This document shows positions 62,241-64,000 of a DNA stretch of 64,000 nucleotides, piece by piece. Position 1 is the stretch's first letter, and each line of letters opens with the position of its first letter. Both the position numbers and the translations under genes were made by a program. The stretch spans positions 36,954,001 through 37,018,000 of the forward strand of contig NC_086108.1 in NCBI RefSeq assembly GCF_963921235.1, read 5' to 3'. The notes under the pieces are model-generated. The model ran no database searches and was not told the DNA's origin. It saw only the letters and a program-made list of their open reading frames with translations. Source of the DNA: Mobula hypostoma (Eukaryota).

Positions 62241-63500
62241 TTAATAATCGTAATAATTTTCCAGGTCTTCCACATCTTCCACATCTTCATCTGAACTTTC
62301 CACACTCTCTGAGGTGGATGCCTGGTTCTCACAGTCTGCCAGTCTACACATGTCAGTACACCTGAGGCCATTTGCAACACACATACATCTTGGGAGTGAA
62401 CATTTTTTTGGACAATTACAGGCCAGTAGATTCAGGACAGCATCGGGTGCTGACTGGTCTTCCATCCAGTGCACCACCAACTGTTCAGCTTCCTCTTCTC
62501 TCTCCATCTTCCATCCTCTGCCAACAGGGCTTGGCACTTGTGGGTCCTTCTCCAAACACCTTCTCCATATACCAGCCTGGTAGTTGGCTCACTGTGCATG
62601 TTTTGTTAAGCAGTCCTTGCATGGTGGGAGTTGATGACTTTCGATTTCACCATTTTTTGGCACAGAAAAGGTGATACTCGAGCTCATTGGCCTTGGTGGT
62701 TGATGCTTTTGGGGCATACAGGAGACATGTAAATGCCTCCAGTTTGTCCATCAGTTCTGGGGAGAGGTCCCATTCCTGACCCAACTCTAAGAATGTGTCC
62801 TGAGTTTCCCTGTAGCTGGTCAGAAGTTTTAGGGCACTTGTCTTCCCTTTGCCTGCAAAAGCGCTTACAGTGTCACATGCTGTATATGTGTGCAACTCGA
62901 TGAGAGCCCTACAAACCTCTATGCCAACAGTGACAGCAACCTTCCTGATGTCTACAAGCCTTGTACGGGTTCTAGTGCCACACTTCTGGAACAATGGGGC
63001 CTCAATCTTGTCACAAAATGCTAAAGACATGATAAAGACATCTGTGTCTTCTGAACAGATCACTACAGATTGGTATCCCTCTCTTGTGGCATGGGCAGCG
63101 TGGAGAAGTAGGCGGCCATCTGCTTCTTCTTGTTGACACTGAAGAGCTGACACCTCCTCACTGTCTTGAGATGTGATTCTGTAACATTTGTCATTCACAG
63201 TTGCATACAGAATCTTCTCCTGTAGCTTTGCTCTGTACTCAGCCTTCCTCCATTCATGGACTATGAAGCTAGTGAGACTATTTTTGTTACTGACTTTGGT
63301 CAGGGAGCTCCTCCACTGCCTCACCATCTGTGTGCCTGTGATACCTTGCAACTCATGACCAGTCTCTTCACCCCACAGAGATCTTTCACTATTCTTGATA
63401 GAGTTCTCCTTGTATGTGTCGAACACAACATCTATTCTGCTCCTCTGACTGCTTTCCCTCAGAGCCATATCCAGAAAGCTACCACCACTGCAATGCTATC
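62241..63500 (-). pseudogene. AcademX-type DNA transposon, C-terminal XPG/FEN1-like nuclease + Cys8 zinc finger
   Basis: DVVFD, QEEADGRLLLH, SEDTDV, ACDTVSAFAGKGKTSALKLL, LPPC; CNC-x3-C-x4-CMC-x6-CTDMC-x4-C; one frameshift near 62650 and one stop near 62590. Confidence 0.75.
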
Positions 63501-63609
63501 ACATATTTTTATATCTTGCCAAAAATCACTATAAGAATTATTCCCACCAGAAGGTACCGGTGGCCCAAATCCGGGGTCCTGGCTCACGGACTACATGGGT
63601 CTTCACAAG

Positions 63610-63890
63610 AAACACTTCAGTGGAATAAGGAATATTGAGTCAAATGGTAAAGAGGTTGGAAATAAGGAGGCACACATTTAATTAAGGGGCAGAATACTCA
63701 GAATAAGATGATAATATACATAGATTAAATAATAACACCCAAAAGGAAATTACAGAATTTCTTGAAGGGAATAAAATCATAGGAGTGAGGGGAAAAAGCA
63801 GGAGATTAGACCTAAATAAATTAAATTGGCACAGACATAAGGTGGTGGAAGGCATATTTCAATGTGACATCATTCAATGAGTCTGCAGAG
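63610..63890 (+). mobile_element. Very old CR1-type 3' fragment
   Basis: Degenerate aaaagcaggag...gaaggcatatttc tail. Confidence 0.4.
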
Positions 63891-64000
63891 TTATAACTAA
63901 GCTTAATTATGTTCATGTTAGATTCTGTTGTGTAAAGTCTGTTAAAACAATGGCCTCAATGTGCAATGAGCTTCTGTTATCCCACATTTCTGATGATATA

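Noticed and set aside
62241..63468. Host FEN1/XPG/GEN1 or tesmin/LIN54 gene
   Set aside because: Intronless and disabled, and the nuclease + Cys8 arrangement fits Academ transposons rather than those genes

Overview
Eukaryotic, AT-rich, repeat-dense window with no recognisable host protein-coding exon, rRNA, true tRNA gene or CRISPR array; probably intronic or intergenic. The repeat mix (CR1 LINEs, Rex1/Babar LINEs, V-SINE/HE1-type and Deu-type SINEs, Penelope-like elements) suggests a cartilaginous fish; this is inference only. Almost all ORFs in the track are decayed transposon fragments or antisense shadows. Contents: many nested CR1 and Rex1/Babar pieces, one L1 with a target-site duplication (TSD), a tandemly duplicated Gypsy pol relic, solo-LTR candidates, hAT and Tc1/mariner MITEs, RTE-related non-coding elements, SINEs, a young 5'-truncated Penelope-like element (RT + GIY-YIG) and an AcademX-type DNA transposon relic (XPG/FEN1-like nuclease + Cys8 finger). 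Most notable: a minimal type-I hammerhead ribozyme in the Penelope terminal repeat (48231-48268), a recurrent family of ~200-bp hairpin mini-elements centred on that hammerhead core, the Academ relic, and a tRNA-SINE lying next to the non-coding RTE-like element whose tail it shares. Family names come from recalled motifs, not database searches, and most boundaries are approximate (tens of bp).
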